Shown one piece after another: positions 18,963 through 28,509 of a DNA stretch of 64,000 bases (positions within the stretch are counted from its first letter, which is position 1; each line of letters starts with the position of its first letter). The translations under genes and the position numbers were made by a program. Source of the DNA: an uncultured Nocardioides sp. (GTDB taxonomy: Bacteria; Actinomycetota; Actinomycetes; Propionibacteriales; Nocardioidaceae); contig CAYNFY010000006.1 of NCBI GenBank assembly GCA_964396585.1, positions 223 to 64,222 on the forward strand, given 5' to 3'. The notes beneath the pieces were generated by a model, which worked only from the letters and a program-made list of their open reading frames with translations, was not told the origin of the DNA and did not search any database.

Positions 18963-19760
18963 GTGCGCATCGCTACCTGGAACGTGAACTCACTGCGGAC
19001 CCGGTTGGGCCGGGTCGAGGCCTGGCTGCAACGCCATGACGTGGACGTGCTGGCCGTCCAGGAGCTGAAGGCCCGTGAGGAGCAGATCCCACTGATGGGG
19101 CTCCAGGCCCTGGGCTACGAGTGCGCCATGGTCGGCCACAACCAGTGGAACGGCGTGGCGATCTTCAGCAGGGTGGGGTTGGAGGACGTCCAGATCGGAT
19201 TCGAGGCGGTACCGGAGTTCGGCGATCCGCCGTCCGTCGAGGCACGGGCGATCAGCGCGGTCTGCGATGGGATCCGGGTCACCTCGCTTTATGTACCCAA
19301 CGGTCGCAAGCCCGACGATCCGCACTACGAGTACAAGCTCGAGTGGCTGGCGAACCTGCGGGCTTCCTCCGCACGATGGCTGGGCGAGCAGGCGGTGCTG
19401 GCCGGAGACTGGAATATCGCGCCCCGTGACGAGGATGTCTTCGATATGGCCCAGTTCCGCAACTCCACCCACGTGACCCCGCGTGAGCGAGCCGAGTTCC
19501 AGGCCTTCCTCGACGCGGGCTGGGTCGACACCACCCGCCCCTTCACGTCCGGCCCCGAGGTGTACACCTACTTCGACTACTACCGCGAAAGGTTCCAGCG
19601 GAACCGAGGTCTGCGGATCGATTTTCTGTTGGGGTCCCCGTCCTTCGCCGAGCGGGTGACCGGGGCGTTCATCGACAGCGACGAGCGGGACCCCGCCAAG
19701 CGCGAGGAACTCGGCAAGCCGTCCGACCACGCGGCCGTCGTGGTGGATCTGGCTGACTGA
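18963..19760 (+). CDS. xthA: Exodeoxyribonuclease III
   Basis: MRIATWNVNSLRTRL..., LAGDWNIAPRDEDV, SDHAAVVVDL. Confidence 0.92.
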   Translation: MRIATWNVNSLRTRLGRVEAWLQRHDVDVLAVQELKAREEQIPLMGLQALGYECAMVGHNQWNGVAIFSRVGLEDVQIGFEAVPEFGDPPSVEARAISAVCDGIRVTSLYVPNGRKPDDPHYEYKLEWLANLRASSARWLGEQAVLAGDWNIAPRDEDVFDMAQFRNSTHVTPRERAEFQAFLDAGWVDTTRPFTSGPEVYTYFDYYRERFQRNRGLRIDFLLGSPSFAERVTGAFIDSDERDPAKREELGKPSDHAAVVVDLAD

Positions 19761-19789
19761 GCCGGATCCGAGGGCCACCCCAACCCAAT

Positions 19790-19831
19790 GCGTACGCAAT
19801 CCTCACGAGAGCGTACGTCTTGGTGTAGACT
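19790..19831 (+). promoter_or_regulatory. Putative vapBC promoter/operator: two GCGTACG palindromic boxes and a -10-like TAGACT 7 nt before the ATG (leaderless-type)
   Basis: GCGTACGC at 19790-19797 and GCGTACG at 19811-19817 (21-bp phasing). TAGACT at 19826-19831. ATG at 19838 with no room for an RBS. Confidence 0.35.
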
Positions 19832-19837
19832 GCCCAC

Positions 19838-20086
19838 ATGAGCGCCCTGAATCCCTCCGAGTTCCGCAAGGACGTGTACGGGATCATCAAGCACGTCTCC
19901 GCCACCGGGGAGCCGGTGCAGATCGAGACCCGGCAGGGTGAGGTGCTTCAGTTGTCCCGCATCCGGAAGGGCAGCCGGTTCGCCGGCATCGTGCCCATGC
20001 CGTCGCTGATGCTGGTCGACGCCGAGGAACTCGTCTCCGTCGATTGGTCGCAGGGTTGGGACGCTGACGCGACGATGAACCCATGA
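19838..20086 (+). CDS. Type II antitoxin (Phd/YefM-like) paired with a PIN toxin
   Basis: 82 aa, N-terminus LNPSEFRKDVYGIIKHVSATGEPVQI. Its stop overlaps the toxin start (ATGA at 20083-20086). Confidence 0.75.
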   Translation: MSALNPSEFRKDVYGIIKHVSATGEPVQIETRQGEVLQLSRIRKGSRFAGIVPMPSLMLVDAEELVSVDWSQGWDADATMNP

Positions 20087-20481
20087 GTGAGCAGTTCCAC
20101 CTCGACACCCACGTCATCATCTGGCTCGCCGCGGGAGACCTGGACCGCTTTCCGCAGGCTCTGCTGGACAGGCTGGAATCCGCCGACCTGGTGGTCTCAC
20201 CCATCGTTCGCCTCGAACTCGACCTGCTCCACGAACGGCGAAAGATCGCCACTCCCGCAAGCGACCTGATCACCAAGGTGACGGCCGAGATCGGGATGCG
20301 CGAAGACTCGACACCTCTGTCACGGATCGTGATGGCCGCGATCACGCCGCAGAAGGACTGGCCCAACGGCGACCCCTACGACCGACTCATCCTCTCGTCG
20401 GCCATCGCCAATCGAAACCTCCTGGTCACCAAGGACGCCCCCTTGCGGGCCGCATTCCCTGACCTGACCCTGTGGGACTGA
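20083..20481 (+). CDS. vapC: PIN-domain ribonuclease toxin (VapC-like)
   Basis: HLDTHVIIWL (first acidic residue), ...DPYDRLILSSAIANRNLLVTKD (C-terminal PIN motif). Confidence 0.85.
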   Translation: MSEQFHLDTHVIIWLAAGDLDRFPQALLDRLESADLVVSPIVRLELDLLHERRKIATPASDLITKVTAEIGMREDSTPLSRIVMAAITPQKDWPNGDPYDRLILSSAIANRNLLVTKDAPLRAAFPDLTLWD

Positions 20482-20499
20482 CCGCTAGGTCAAGACCAT

Positions 20500-20519
20500 G
20501 ACCAGGCAACCGCCTGGTC
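20500..20519 (+). terminator. Short stem-loop after vapC
   Basis: GACCAGGC-AACC-GCCTGGTC (8-bp stem) 19 nt after the stop. Weak U-tract. Confidence 0.35.
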
Positions 20520-20541
20520 GACTTTGTGACATGCTGTCGCC

Positions 20542-21021
20542 GTGCTGACGTTGATCCCTTTTGCCGTATCGGCGAATCAATCCTCACTCAACGCGACCGC
20601 CCTATTTACCGCTGTTACGGGCGGTGTGGTTGGCGCGCTTCTTACCGCACTCCTTACCGTTCACAGGGAGCGGCGTAAGGCACAGTATGAACGCCGACTC
20701 GACGCCTATGTTCGGCTGCTTGATGAACTCTCAGCGCTGGACCAGACAAACGACCGGGTCGACGTGAATGCTTTGAATAACGGCCCCGAGTTGCGTGCCG
20801 CACTCATCCGCGTACGAACTTTCGGCTCCTCCAAGTTGAAAACCTATCTAGGGCCAACCATTGCTACGGTGAGCGACAACGGAATATCCCGGCTTCCTAA
20901 CCTGAGAAAATTGTCAAGAATGATTGCCGAAGAGCTGGCAGAGACCTCCCTTCTCTATCGCATTAAGCGCAGATACACCAAGATCATCCACCGTAAGAAG
21001 CAACGCTCCTCTCTTGCTTGA
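20542..21021 (+). CDS. Hypothetical low-GC protein: N-terminal TM helix plus helical, basic C-terminus
   Basis: 159-aa ORF. TM segment ALFTAVTGGVVGALLTALLTV, basic tail RIKRRYTKIIHRKKQRSS. One 60-nt line counted by hand (20821-20880) is 31/60 GC, against 45/60 in a backbone line (14101-14160). Confidence 0.5.
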   Translation: MLTLIPFAVSANQSSLNATALFTAVTGGVVGALLTALLTVHRERRKAQYERRLDAYVRLLDELSALDQTNDRVDVNALNNGPELRAALIRVRTFGSSKLKTYLGPTIATVSDNGISRLPNLRKLSRMIAEELAETSLLYRIKRRYTKIIHRKKQRSSLA

Positions 21022-21261
21022 ACTGCCCTGATGTCACCACGTCGGCGGCGCGTTCATCGACCGCGACAAGCAGGATCCCGCCCAAAGGAGGAAGGGGTAA
21101 GTCCTCCGACCTGGCTCCCGTGGTGCTACCTCACCGGCTGACCCTGGACGGTGTTAAACGGGCAACGGACGATGCGGGATGTCGTCGGATCGATTAGGTG
21201 ACTCGCCATTCCCACGGCGGACTCACCGACATAGGGGCCGACTGTGATGCTCCTATTACTG

Positions 21262-22470
21262 TCAAGCTGCTTTGAGCCATTCGCGGTAGCGGTGGGTGAA
21301 GTCGCGGTCGTGGGTGAGGCCGCGTTCGATGCGGCTGATGTTGATGTTGCAGGTGCCGAGGGCTTCAACGACGGCGCGGAGCGGGAGGTTTTTCTCGCGG
21401 CGGGTGCGGCGTAGGTCTTCGATCCCGGCTAGTTCGTTGGGGGTTTGGAGCAGTTTGAAGACCTCGCGGGCGATGGCTCGTTTGAGGATGCGGAGCAGTT
21501 CTGGGTTGCTGCGGCCTTTGGCGCGTTGGGTGGCGACGAAGGTGCGGGTGCGTGGGTCGTGGGCCATGCGGACTGTCGCGATGGTGTGGAGTGCTGAGTT
21601 GGCTTGGCGGTCGCCGCCGCGTGAGAGTCGGTAGCGGGTGGTTTTTCCTGAGGAGGCCGGTACGGGCGCGGTGCCGCACAGTGCGGCGAAGGAGGCTTCG
21701 TTGGCGAGGCGTTCGGGGTTGCCGCCGGCGGTGATCAGTAACTGTGCGGCGGTTACTGGGCCGATTCCGTGTGCTGAGAGCAGGTTCAGGTTGAGCGCGG
21801 CGACTTGGGTGCGTAGTTGGTTGTTGAGTGTGGTGGTCTGTTCGGTCAGGAACCGGTGACGTTGTGCGAGCAGTTTCAAGCTGAGTAGTACCTGTGCGAT
21901 GACGCCGGGGTGGGTGCCGGGGCGGCTGGCGAGGAGGGCGTCGATGAGGCGTTTCTCGCTCAGTTGCCGGTATTTCTCACGGATTTTGGCGGGTGCGGTG
22001 ACTATGTGGGAGTGGATCTGGTTCATGGCCGCGGTGCGGGCTTTGACGGCTGATCGTCGGGTGTTGAGTAGGGCTCGTAGGCCTTCGATCTCTTCGTCCT
22101 TGGGGAGGTTCTTCGCGCGTCCGCTCAGGGCGGCGCGGGCGGCTTGGTAGGCGTCGATCGGGTCGGATTTGCCTTGCATCCGGCGTACGGTTGCTTCGGG
22201 TCGGATGACTTCGCGCACGGTGATCTCGCGGGCGCGGGCGGTGTTGGTCAGCCCTGCGCCGTAGGAGCTGGTTCCTTCGATCGCGATGACTTGTAGGTCA
22301 CCGAACGAGCCGAGGAAGTCGAGTGCTTGTCGGTAGCCAGTCGGTGTGGTGGGGAATTCGGCGTCGTCCAGGTCGCGGCCGAGGTGATCGATCGCGGCGA
22401 CGTGGATGGTGTCGGTGTGGGTGTCGGCGCCGCCGTAGACGTGTCTTGCTGGGTCTGTTGTCGATGTCAT
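21262..22470 (-). CDS. IS110-family DEDD transposase/recombinase with a C-terminal HTH extension
   Basis: GADTHTDTIHVAAID, IAIEGTSSYG and SDPIDAYQAA (DEDD RuvC-like domain). LLSAHGIGPVTAAQLL and SSGKTTRYRLSRGGDRQANSALH (Transposase_20 domain). The C-terminal LPLRAVVEALGTCNINISRIERG is XRE-like. Confidence 0.92.
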   Translation of the reverse strand: MTSTTDPARHVYGGADTHTDTIHVAAIDHLGRDLDDAEFPTTPTGYRQALDFLGSFGDLQVIAIEGTSSYGAGLTNTARAREITVREVIRPEATVRRMQGKSDPIDAYQAARAALSGRAKNLPKDEEIEGLRALLNTRRSAVKARTAAMNQIHSHIVTAPAKIREKYRQLSEKRLIDALLASRPGTHPGVIAQVLLSLKLLAQRHRFLTEQTTTLNNQLRTQVAALNLNLLSAHGIGPVTAAQLLITAGGNPERLANEASFAALCGTAPVPASSGKTTRYRLSRGGDRQANSALHTIATVRMAHDPRTRTFVATQRAKGRSNPELLRILKRAIAREVFKLLQTPNELAGIEDLRRTRREKNLPLRAVVEALGTCNINISRIERGLTHDRDFTHRYREWLKAA

Positions 22471-22501
22471 GATGGGACTGCCTTCCGTTGTCGGTTGGTC
22501 G

Positions 22502-22580
22502 ACGTCGGTCGGGCGGGCAGACAGGACATTGATGAGGCGCTTGCCAGGCTCTTATTAGGTCATGTCCGCCCGACCGACGT
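22502..22580 (-). ncRNA. Structured element in the transposase 5' flank (candidate bridge-RNA-like / leader hairpin)
   Basis: Perfect 15-bp inverted repeat ACGTCGGTCGGGCGG (22502-22516) / CCGCCCGACCGACGT (22566-22580), with a 4-bp extension after an 8-nt bulge. It encloses a ~32-nt AT-richer loop. Function is inferred only. Confidence 0.3.
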
Positions 22581-22707
22581 GCGGGACCCCGACAGCCGGT
22601 CGGACCACATGATGGTCAACCCAGCAGGGCGACAGTCGGAGGCAGAGACACGACCGCCGGGGCCTGTTCCCATCATCAATGTCGGGGGTTGCGGGCAGAG
22701 TGGCGTC

Positions 22708-23853
22708 ATGGCTTCGACAGGTGACCTGCTCATGGTGTTGGCGCTGCTCGCGATCGGAGTGGCACTCGGCGCGGTGATCGGCGTGTTGTGGGCGCGGGCC
22801 CGTCCGGATCCCGGCGAGGGCGTCGACGCCGTGGCCCTCGCCCAGGCCGATACCCATCGGCAACAGGCGGTCGACCGGGCGCTGGTCACCCAGGGCCTGG
22901 AGCGGCTGGCCGAACAGTTGCAGAGTCTGGAGCACGAGCGGGTCAGTTGGCAGGGTCAGTTCGACGCGCAGGTCCGACACGTCGCGACCAGTACCGAACA
23001 CCTGCGCCGCGAGACCCAGGCGCTGGGCGACGCCTTGCGCAAGCCCCAGGTCCGCGGTCGATGGGGAGAGCTTCACCTGCGCCGCACCGTAGAGCTCGCC
23101 GGTCTGGTCGACCACTGCGACTTCACCGAACAGGCCCGCTTCGACGACGGCCGGCACCGACCCGATCTGGTCGTGCACCTGGCCGGAGGCCGTAACGTGG
23201 TGGTGGACTCCAAGGTCTCGTTGGACGCCTATGCCGACGCGGCTCGAGCCGACGCGGCCGGGGAACGTGAGGGGCACCTGGCCCGGCATGCCCGACAGGT
23301 ACGTACCCATGTCGATCAACTAGCCGCCAAGGCCTACTGGCAGCATCTGGACTCCCCCGAGTTCGTGGTGCTCTTCCTGCCCGCTGAATCGTTACTGAGC
23401 GCCGCACTGGAACAAGACCCCGGGCTACTCGAGCATGCCGCCGGACGTGACGTCCTGCTGGCTACCCCGACCACCCTGATCGCCCTGCTTCGCACCGTCG
23501 CCCACGGCTGGGCTCACGAATCCCTCACCCAGCAGGCTCACGAGGTACAGGTGCTCGGCCAGGAACTGCACTCACGGCTCGGCATCCTGGGTGGGCACGT
23601 GGACACCCTGGGCCGGGCGCTGTCACGAGCGGTGGAGAGCTACAACCAGACGGTCGGCTCCTTGGAGGCCCGGGTGTTGGTCACCGCCCGACGCTTCGAG
23701 GAATTGCGGGTGACCCGCGAGGAGCTGCCCACGCCCCGCCAGGTGGAGGTGACTCCTCGGCGGCTGAGTGATGCACCGGTCGATCCGCTCGGGGAGCCGA
23801 TGAGCGGGGATGTCTCGGCGCGTCGAGACGATGAGGAGCGCGATGCGTCTTAG
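22708..23853 (+). CDS. rmuC: DNA recombination protein RmuC
   Basis: N-terminal TM (LLMVLALLAIGVALGAVIGVLW), coiled coil, and an RmuC nuclease-like C-terminal domain (PDLVVHLAGGRNVVVDSKVSLDAY ... FVVLFLPAESLL). ATG 22708 is preferred over the long upstream ORF extension that runs into the IS flank. Confidence 0.88.
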   Translation: MASTGDLLMVLALLAIGVALGAVIGVLWARARPDPGEGVDAVALAQADTHRQQAVDRALVTQGLERLAEQLQSLEHERVSWQGQFDAQVRHVATSTEHLRRETQALGDALRKPQVRGRWGELHLRRTVELAGLVDHCDFTEQARFDDGRHRPDLVVHLAGGRNVVVDSKVSLDAYADAARADAAGEREGHLARHARQVRTHVDQLAAKAYWQHLDSPEFVVLFLPAESLLSAALEQDPGLLEHAAGRDVLLATPTTLIALLRTVAHGWAHESLTQQAHEVQVLGQELHSRLGILGGHVDTLGRALSRAVESYNQTVGSLEARVLVTARRFEELRVTREELPTPRQVEVTPRRLSDAPVDPLGEPMSGDVSARRDDEERDAS

Positions 23854-24310
23854 TTTGTGTGCCGTGGAGACCTCTGAGCAAAGTTGGATGCGTTCATCCT
23901 CCGCTTTGCACACCATCATGGCGTTCACTGCGGCCACCCTGTGCCTGGTGCTGCTGAACCTGATCCTGGTGCATCGACTCAGCTTCTTCTTCGACGTGTG
24001 CTTCGTCGTGCTGTGCCTGGGGGCGGGACTCCTCGTACGCCCTGGTGAGTCCTGGAATGTGGTATTGGCCCCACCCGTCCTGCTGCTCGCGGTGGTGATC
24101 TTTCTTGCGCTCCTGGACCCCTCATCGGTGGCCGAGACCGACGATGGAACGCTGCAGGCGGTCGTCACCGGAATGGCGCGTCACAGTGCCGCACTGGTCG
24201 CCGGCTACGCCCTCTTCCTCGGTGCTCTCTACACCGGGCTGAGCACCGAGGAAGAGGAAGAGGATGTGTGGTGGACAGACAGCGACGAGGACGACTCCCA
24301 GCGCATCTGA
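23810..24310 (+). CDS. Hypothetical polytopic membrane protein with an acidic tail
   Basis: Four hydrophobic segments (for example FTAATLCLVLLNLILV, FFFDVCFVVLCLGAGLLV). The tail is EEEEEDVWWTDSDEDD. The start is uncertain (ATG 23810, 23831 or 23843). Confidence 0.5.
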   Translation: MSRRVETMRSAMRLSLCAVETSEQSWMRSSSALHTIMAFTAATLCLVLLNLILVHRLSFFFDVCFVVLCLGAGLLVRPGESWNVVLAPPVLLLAVVIFLALLDPSSVAETDDGTLQAVVTGMARHSAALVAGYALFLGALYTGLSTEEEEEDVWWTDSDEDDSQRI

Positions 24311-24328
24311 GCCTGAACGGCAGGCTCA
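24308..24328. terminator. Stem-loop between convergent genes
   Basis: TGAGCCTG-AACGG-CAGGCTCA (8-bp stem). Confidence 0.4.
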
Positions 24329-24338
24329 GAACACGTTC

Positions 24339-24962
24339 TCAGCCTGCGAACGGGCTCGGGTCACCGGCGCCGACCCGGAGCACCTCGGGGTACCCCTCCG
24401 ACCAGTCCACCACCGTGGTCGGTTCGGCGGTCACCTCACCACACTCCACGACGATGTCGACGGAGTGGTCGAGTTCTTCCTTGATGCTCCACCCGTCAGT
24501 GCGCGCCTCGGTCTCCCCAGGCAGGATCAGGGTGCTGCTCAACAACGGCTCACCCAACTCAGCGAGCAACGCATTGACGAAGGGGTGGTCGGGGATCCGC
24601 ACGCCCACGGTCCGCTTCTTGGGATGCATCAACCGCTTCGGCACTTCGGCCGTGGCCGGCAGAATGAACGTATAAGACCCTGGGGTCGCGTGCTTGATCG
24701 CCCGGAAGGGTGCGTTGTCCAACTGCACGAACTGCCCCAACTGAGCGAAGTTCGCGCAGACCAAGGTGAAGTGGTGACGTTCGTCCAGATCTCTGATCCG
24801 CAGGATCCGGTCCCGGCCGTCGCGGTTGCCCAGTTGGGCCCCCAACGCATATCCCGAGTCGGTCGGGTAGGCGATCAACTCGTCCTTGCGCAACGCATCG
24901 ACAATCTGAGCGATGCCTCGCGGTTGGGGATTGACGGGGTGCAGATCGAGGAACTTGGCCAT
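24339..24962 (-). CDS. L-threonylcarbamoyladenylate synthase (YrdC/TsaC-like)
   Basis: 207 aa. IAYPTDSGYALGAQLGN and HFTLVCANFAQLGQ, a YrdC-domain pattern. Confidence 0.85.
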   Translation of the reverse strand: MAKFLDLHPVNPQPRGIAQIVDALRKDELIAYPTDSGYALGAQLGNRDGRDRILRIRDLDERHHFTLVCANFAQLGQFVQLDNAPFRAIKHATPGSYTFILPATAEVPKRLMHPKKRTVGVRIPDHPFVNALLAELGEPLLSSTLILPGETEARTDGWSIKEELDHSVDIVVECGEVTAEPTTVVDWSEGYPEVLRVGAGDPSPFAG

Positions 24963-24992
24963 CGGCTGGTCTCCAGGCTCGAGGTGGGATCG

Positions 24993-25991
24993 TCAGGACT
25001 TGGCAGCGGCCCGGATGTCGCGACGCAACTCCGGCGGCAAGGCGAAGGTAAGGGACTCCTCGGCCGTCCGCACAGCCTTCGCGTCCGGGTACCCCCGCGC
25101 CGTCAGGAACGAAAGCACGCCCTCGACCAGTTCCTCGGGAACCGAGGCTCCCGAGGTCACTGAAACAGTCTTCACACCATCCAGCCAGGCCTCTTCGATC
25201 TCGGAGGCGTCATCCACCCGGTAGGACGCCTTCGCGCCGGCCTCCAGGGCCACCTCGACCAATCGCACCGAGTTGGAGGAGTTACCCGATCCGACCACGA
25301 TCAGCAGGTCCGATTCCTGGGCGATCTCCTTGACCGCCAGCTGCCGGTTCTGGGTGGCGTAACAGATGTCGTCGCTCGGCGGGTCGAGCAGATCGGGGAA
25401 CCTCTCCCGGATCGCGGCGACCGTCTGCAGCGTCTCGTCGACGCTGAGCGTGGTCTGCGAGAGCCAGGCGACCCGCTTGGGATCGCGCACCTCGATACCG
25501 GCCACATCCTCGGGCCCCTGGACCAACTGGATGTGCTCGGGTGCTTCGCCCGCGGTTCCCTCGACCTCCTCGTGACCGGCGTGACCGATCAGCAGGATGT
25601 CGTAGTCCTCGCTGGCGAAGCGCCTGGCCTCGTGGTGCACCTTGGTGACCAGCGGGCAGGTCGCGTCGATGGTCTTCAGCCGCCGTTCGGCGGCCTCTTC
25701 GTGCACGGCCGGGGAGACCCCGTGGGCGGAGAAGACCACGGTGGAGCCCTCGGGGACCTCGTCGAGCTCCTCGACGAAGATCGCTCCCCGCTGCTCCAGG
25801 GTCGTCACCACGTGCTTGTTGTGCACGATCTGCTTGCGCACGTATACCGGCGCACCATAGAGGTCGAGTGCCTTCTCGACGGTGATCACGGCCCGGTCCA
25901 CACCCGCGCAGTAACCCCTCGGATCGGCCAATAGGACGGCCTTCTCCGCCTGCTCGGGAGTCAGGACTGCGGGCACGCCAAGATCGGTCAT
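24993..25991 (-). CDS. ispH: 4-hydroxy-3-methylbut-2-enyl diphosphate reductase
   Basis: [54 protein letters not shown]. Confidence 0.95.
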   Translation of the reverse strand: MTDLGVPAVLTPEQAEKAVLLADPRGYCAGVDRAVITVEKALDLYGAPVYVRKQIVHNKHVVTTLEQRGAIFVEELDEVPEGSTVVFSAHGVSPAVHEEAAERRLKTIDATCPLVTKVHHEARRFASEDYDILLIGHAGHEEVEGTAGEAPEHIQLVQGPEDVAGIEVRDPKRVAWLSQTTLSVDETLQTVAAIRERFPDLLDPPSDDICYATQNRQLAVKEIAQESDLLIVVGSGNSSNSVRLVEVALEAGAKASYRVDDASEIEEAWLDGVKTVSVTSGASVPEELVEGVLSFLTARGYPDAKAVRTAEESLTFALPPELRRDIRAAAKS

Positions 25992-26029
25992 GGGGCCAGT
26001 CTACGGTCGTCGCCACGCCCCGGATCAGA

Positions 26030-26067
26030 CCCCGCTGATGAGGCACCTAAGAGCCTCATCAGCGGGG
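26030..26067 (-). terminator. 15-bp perfect stem-loop after the SDR gene
   Basis: CCCCGCTGATGAGGC-ACCTAAGA-GCCTCATCAGCGGGG, lying between the SDR stop (26071) and the ispH start (25991). Confidence 0.5.
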
Positions 26068-26070
26068 AGG

Positions 26071-26895
26071 TCAGGCGAAGGGGTCCTCGACGGGTTCGTC
26101 GGGCAGAGCCGGTGACCAGGCCACTCCGTTGATGTGGCTGCCACCGTCCACGAACAGGGTGTTGCCGGTCAGATAGCGGGCGTCCTCGGAGGCCAGGAAG
26201 AGCGCCACCGGGGCGATGTCGGCGTACGGATCTCCCATCCGGCCCATCGGATTCGCTCCGTCCGCGGCAGCTGCGATCTCCGGGTTGCTGGCCATCACCC
26301 GCTCGAAGGCGGCCGAGCGGGCGCCGGGACAGATCACGTTGGCCACCACTCCGGTACCTGCCCATTCCCGAGCCGCCGTACGGGTCAGAGCCCGCAGCGC
26401 CTCCTTGGCGGAGTTGTACTCCAGGCTGCCCATGTGTGCGTTGACGCCGTTGAGGCTGCACATGTTGATCACCCGGCCCCAGCCGTTGGCCTTCATGTGA
26501 CCGAAGGCCGCGCGCATCGCCCAGAACGGGCCGTAGTAGCCCATCGCGAACCCGCGGTCCAGGACATGGTCGGGCTTGTGCTCGACCCGGGCGAAGGGGC
26601 CCGACCCGCCCCACGCGTTGTTGACCAGGACATCGATCGATCCGTGCTCACGCACGGTGGTCGCCACCATGGCCTCGACCTGATCGCGCTGGGTCACATC
26701 CACCTGCAGGAAGGCGCCGCCGACCTCGTCGGCCACGGCCCGGCCCTTCTCCGCGTTGATCTCGGCCACCACCACGGTGGCCCCCTCCTCGGCGAACCGC
26801 CGCACGATCCCGGCGCCGATACCGTCCCCGCCACCGGTGACCACCGCCACCCGCCCCACCAGCCGACCGCTGCCCTGCGTGCTCATCTGCTCCAT
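26071..26895 (-). CDS. SDR-family oxidoreductase
   Basis: VAVVTGGGDGIGAGI (TGxxxGxG), NNAW, SLEYNSAKEA (YxxxK). Confidence 0.88.
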   Translation of the reverse strand: MEQMSTQGSGRLVGRVAVVTGGGDGIGAGIVRRFAEEGATVVVAEINAEKGRAVADEVGGAFLQVDVTQRDQVEAMVATTVREHGSIDVLVNNAWGGSGPFARVEHKPDHVLDRGFAMGYYGPFWAMRAAFGHMKANGWGRVINMCSLNGVNAHMGSLEYNSAKEALRALTRTAAREWAGTGVVANVICPGARSAAFERVMASNPEIAAAADGANPMGRMGDPYADIAPVALFLASEDARYLTGNTLFVDGGSHINGVAWSPALPDEPVEDPFA

Positions 26896-26997
26896 GGGTC
26901 ATGGATACCGTGACCGGCACCACATCGGGAGTCGCCTCCCGGTCAGCGGCGGCGGGTCCAGGGCGTACTTGTCGGGGGCCTCCCCTACTCTCACCCC

Positions 26998-28278
26998 ATG
27001 ACCTCGCTGCGCGACTCGACCCCGGAGACCCCGGCACCGGTCCGCGCCGTGTCCAACGCGCTGTCGCAATGGATCGACCGGCTCGGAGCGGTGTGGGTCG
27101 AAGGCCAGGTCACCCAGTTCACTCGCCGACCCGGCATGGCCACCGTGTTCGTCACCCTGCGTGACTCGGTGGCCGCGGTATCGGTCCAGGTGACCTGTCC
27201 ACGGGCGGTCTGGGACTCGATGAATCCGCCCGTGGTCGAGGGAGGCAGCGTGGTGGTGCACGCCCGGCCGAGCTTCTACGCGGGCAACGGCTCGTTGTCT
27301 CTGGCTGCCCGGGAGATCCGGATGATCGGTCTGGGCGAGCTCCTGGCCCGGCTGGAGCGACGCCGGCAACTGCTCGCCGCAGAGGGTCTCTTCGACGCGA
27401 GCCTGAAGCGCGACCTGCCGTTCCTGCCCGAGGTGGTCGGCCTGGTCACCGCACCCAACTCCGCCGCGGAACGAGACGTCCTGGAGAACGCCCGGCGCCG
27501 CTGGCCGGCCGTGGTGTTCCGGGTGGTGCACGCCAAGATGCAGGGCGCCGGATCCGTGGACGAGGTGGTCACCGCGGTACAACGACTGGATGCCGACCCG
27601 AGCGTCGACGTGATCGTCGTGGCCCGCGGCGGTGGATCGGTGGAAGACCTGCTGCCGTTCTCGGATGAGACCCTGATTCGTGCGGTTCACGCGGTCCGTA
27701 CCCCCCTGATCTCCGCTATCGGTCACGAACCCGACCAACCCCTGCTCGACCTGGTCGCCGATGTGCGGGCCTCCACCCCGACCGACGCCGCCAAACTGGT
27801 CGTACCCGACATGGCTGCGGAGATCGACGGGGTGCACTGGGCCCGGGATCGGGTACGGTCCCTGATCCGACACCGGCTGGACTCCGAACAACAGCTGCTC
27901 GACTCCTTACGTTCCCGGCCGGCCATGGCCGATCCGCGCACCATGCTCGATGAACGCGGGAACGAGGTCCGAGAGCTCATGAACCGAGCCCGACGCTCCG
28001 TGGAACACCGACTGGACCGGGCCGCCGACGAGGTGGACCACCAACGTGCCCGAGCCCGAGCGCTGTCCCCGCTGGCCACCCTGCGGCGCGGCTATGCGGT
28101 CCTCCAGGACCCGACCGGGCACGTGGTCACCTCGGTCGCCGAGGCGAGCCCGGGTGCCGGCTGGAGTGTACGGGTGGCGGACGGCCGGATTTTGGTCGGC
28201 GTCGAGGGAACCGAAGAGATCGAGGACCAGACCGATGGGGCCGGCCCACAGGACAGCACAGACAGGAGCAACGGGTGA
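26998..28278 (+). CDS. xseA: Exodeoxyribonuclease VII large subunit
   Basis: OB-fold N-terminus ([10 protein letters not shown]), [33 protein letters not shown]. Confidence 0.93.
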   Translation: MTSLRDSTPETPAPVRAVSNALSQWIDRLGAVWVEGQVTQFTRRPGMATVFVTLRDSVAAVSVQVTCPRAVWDSMNPPVVEGGSVVVHARPSFYAGNGSLSLAAREIRMIGLGELLARLERRRQLLAAEGLFDASLKRDLPFLPEVVGLVTAPNSAAERDVLENARRRWPAVVFRVVHAKMQGAGSVDEVVTAVQRLDADPSVDVIVVARGGGSVEDLLPFSDETLIRAVHAVRTPLISAIGHEPDQPLLDLVADVRASTPTDAAKLVVPDMAAEIDGVHWARDRVRSLIRHRLDSEQQLLDSLRSRPAMADPRTMLDERGNEVRELMNRARRSVEHRLDRAADEVDHQRARARALSPLATLRRGYAVLQDPTGHVVTSVAEASPGAGWSVRVADGRILVGVEGTEEIEDQTDGAGPQDSTDRSNG

Positions 28279-28493
28279 GCACCGAGGAGCAGGCGCTGGG
28301 CTATGAAGAGGCCCGCGCCGAACTGATCGACGTGGTACGACAGCTCGAACAGGGTGGCACCACCCTGGAGGAGTCGCTGGCTCTGTGGGAGCGTGGCGAA
28401 CACCTGGCCACGGTGTGTCAACAATGGTTGGACGGCGCCCGCCGACGACTGGACGCGGCACGCGGCGAGACCGAGGAGCCCGCCCCGGAGTGA
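28275..28493 (+). CDS. xseB: Exodeoxyribonuclease VII small subunit
   Basis: 72 aa, [35 protein letters not shown]. Overlaps the xseA stop. Confidence 0.9.
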   Translation: MSTEEQALGYEEARAELIDVVRQLEQGGTTLEESLALWERGEHLATVCQQWLDGARRRLDAARGETEEPAPE

Positions 28494-28509
28494 TCTCAGC
28501 CCGGGCCAC

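Larger units (their letters stand above)
21249..22620 (-). mobile_element. IS110-family insertion sequence (ends approximate)
   Basis: A transposase ORF plus structured flanks. The imperfect direct repeat GCTCCTATTACTGTCA (21249-21264) / GCTCTTATTAG-GTCA (22548-22562) brackets the ORF. True ends cannot be fixed from a single copy. Confidence 0.75.
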
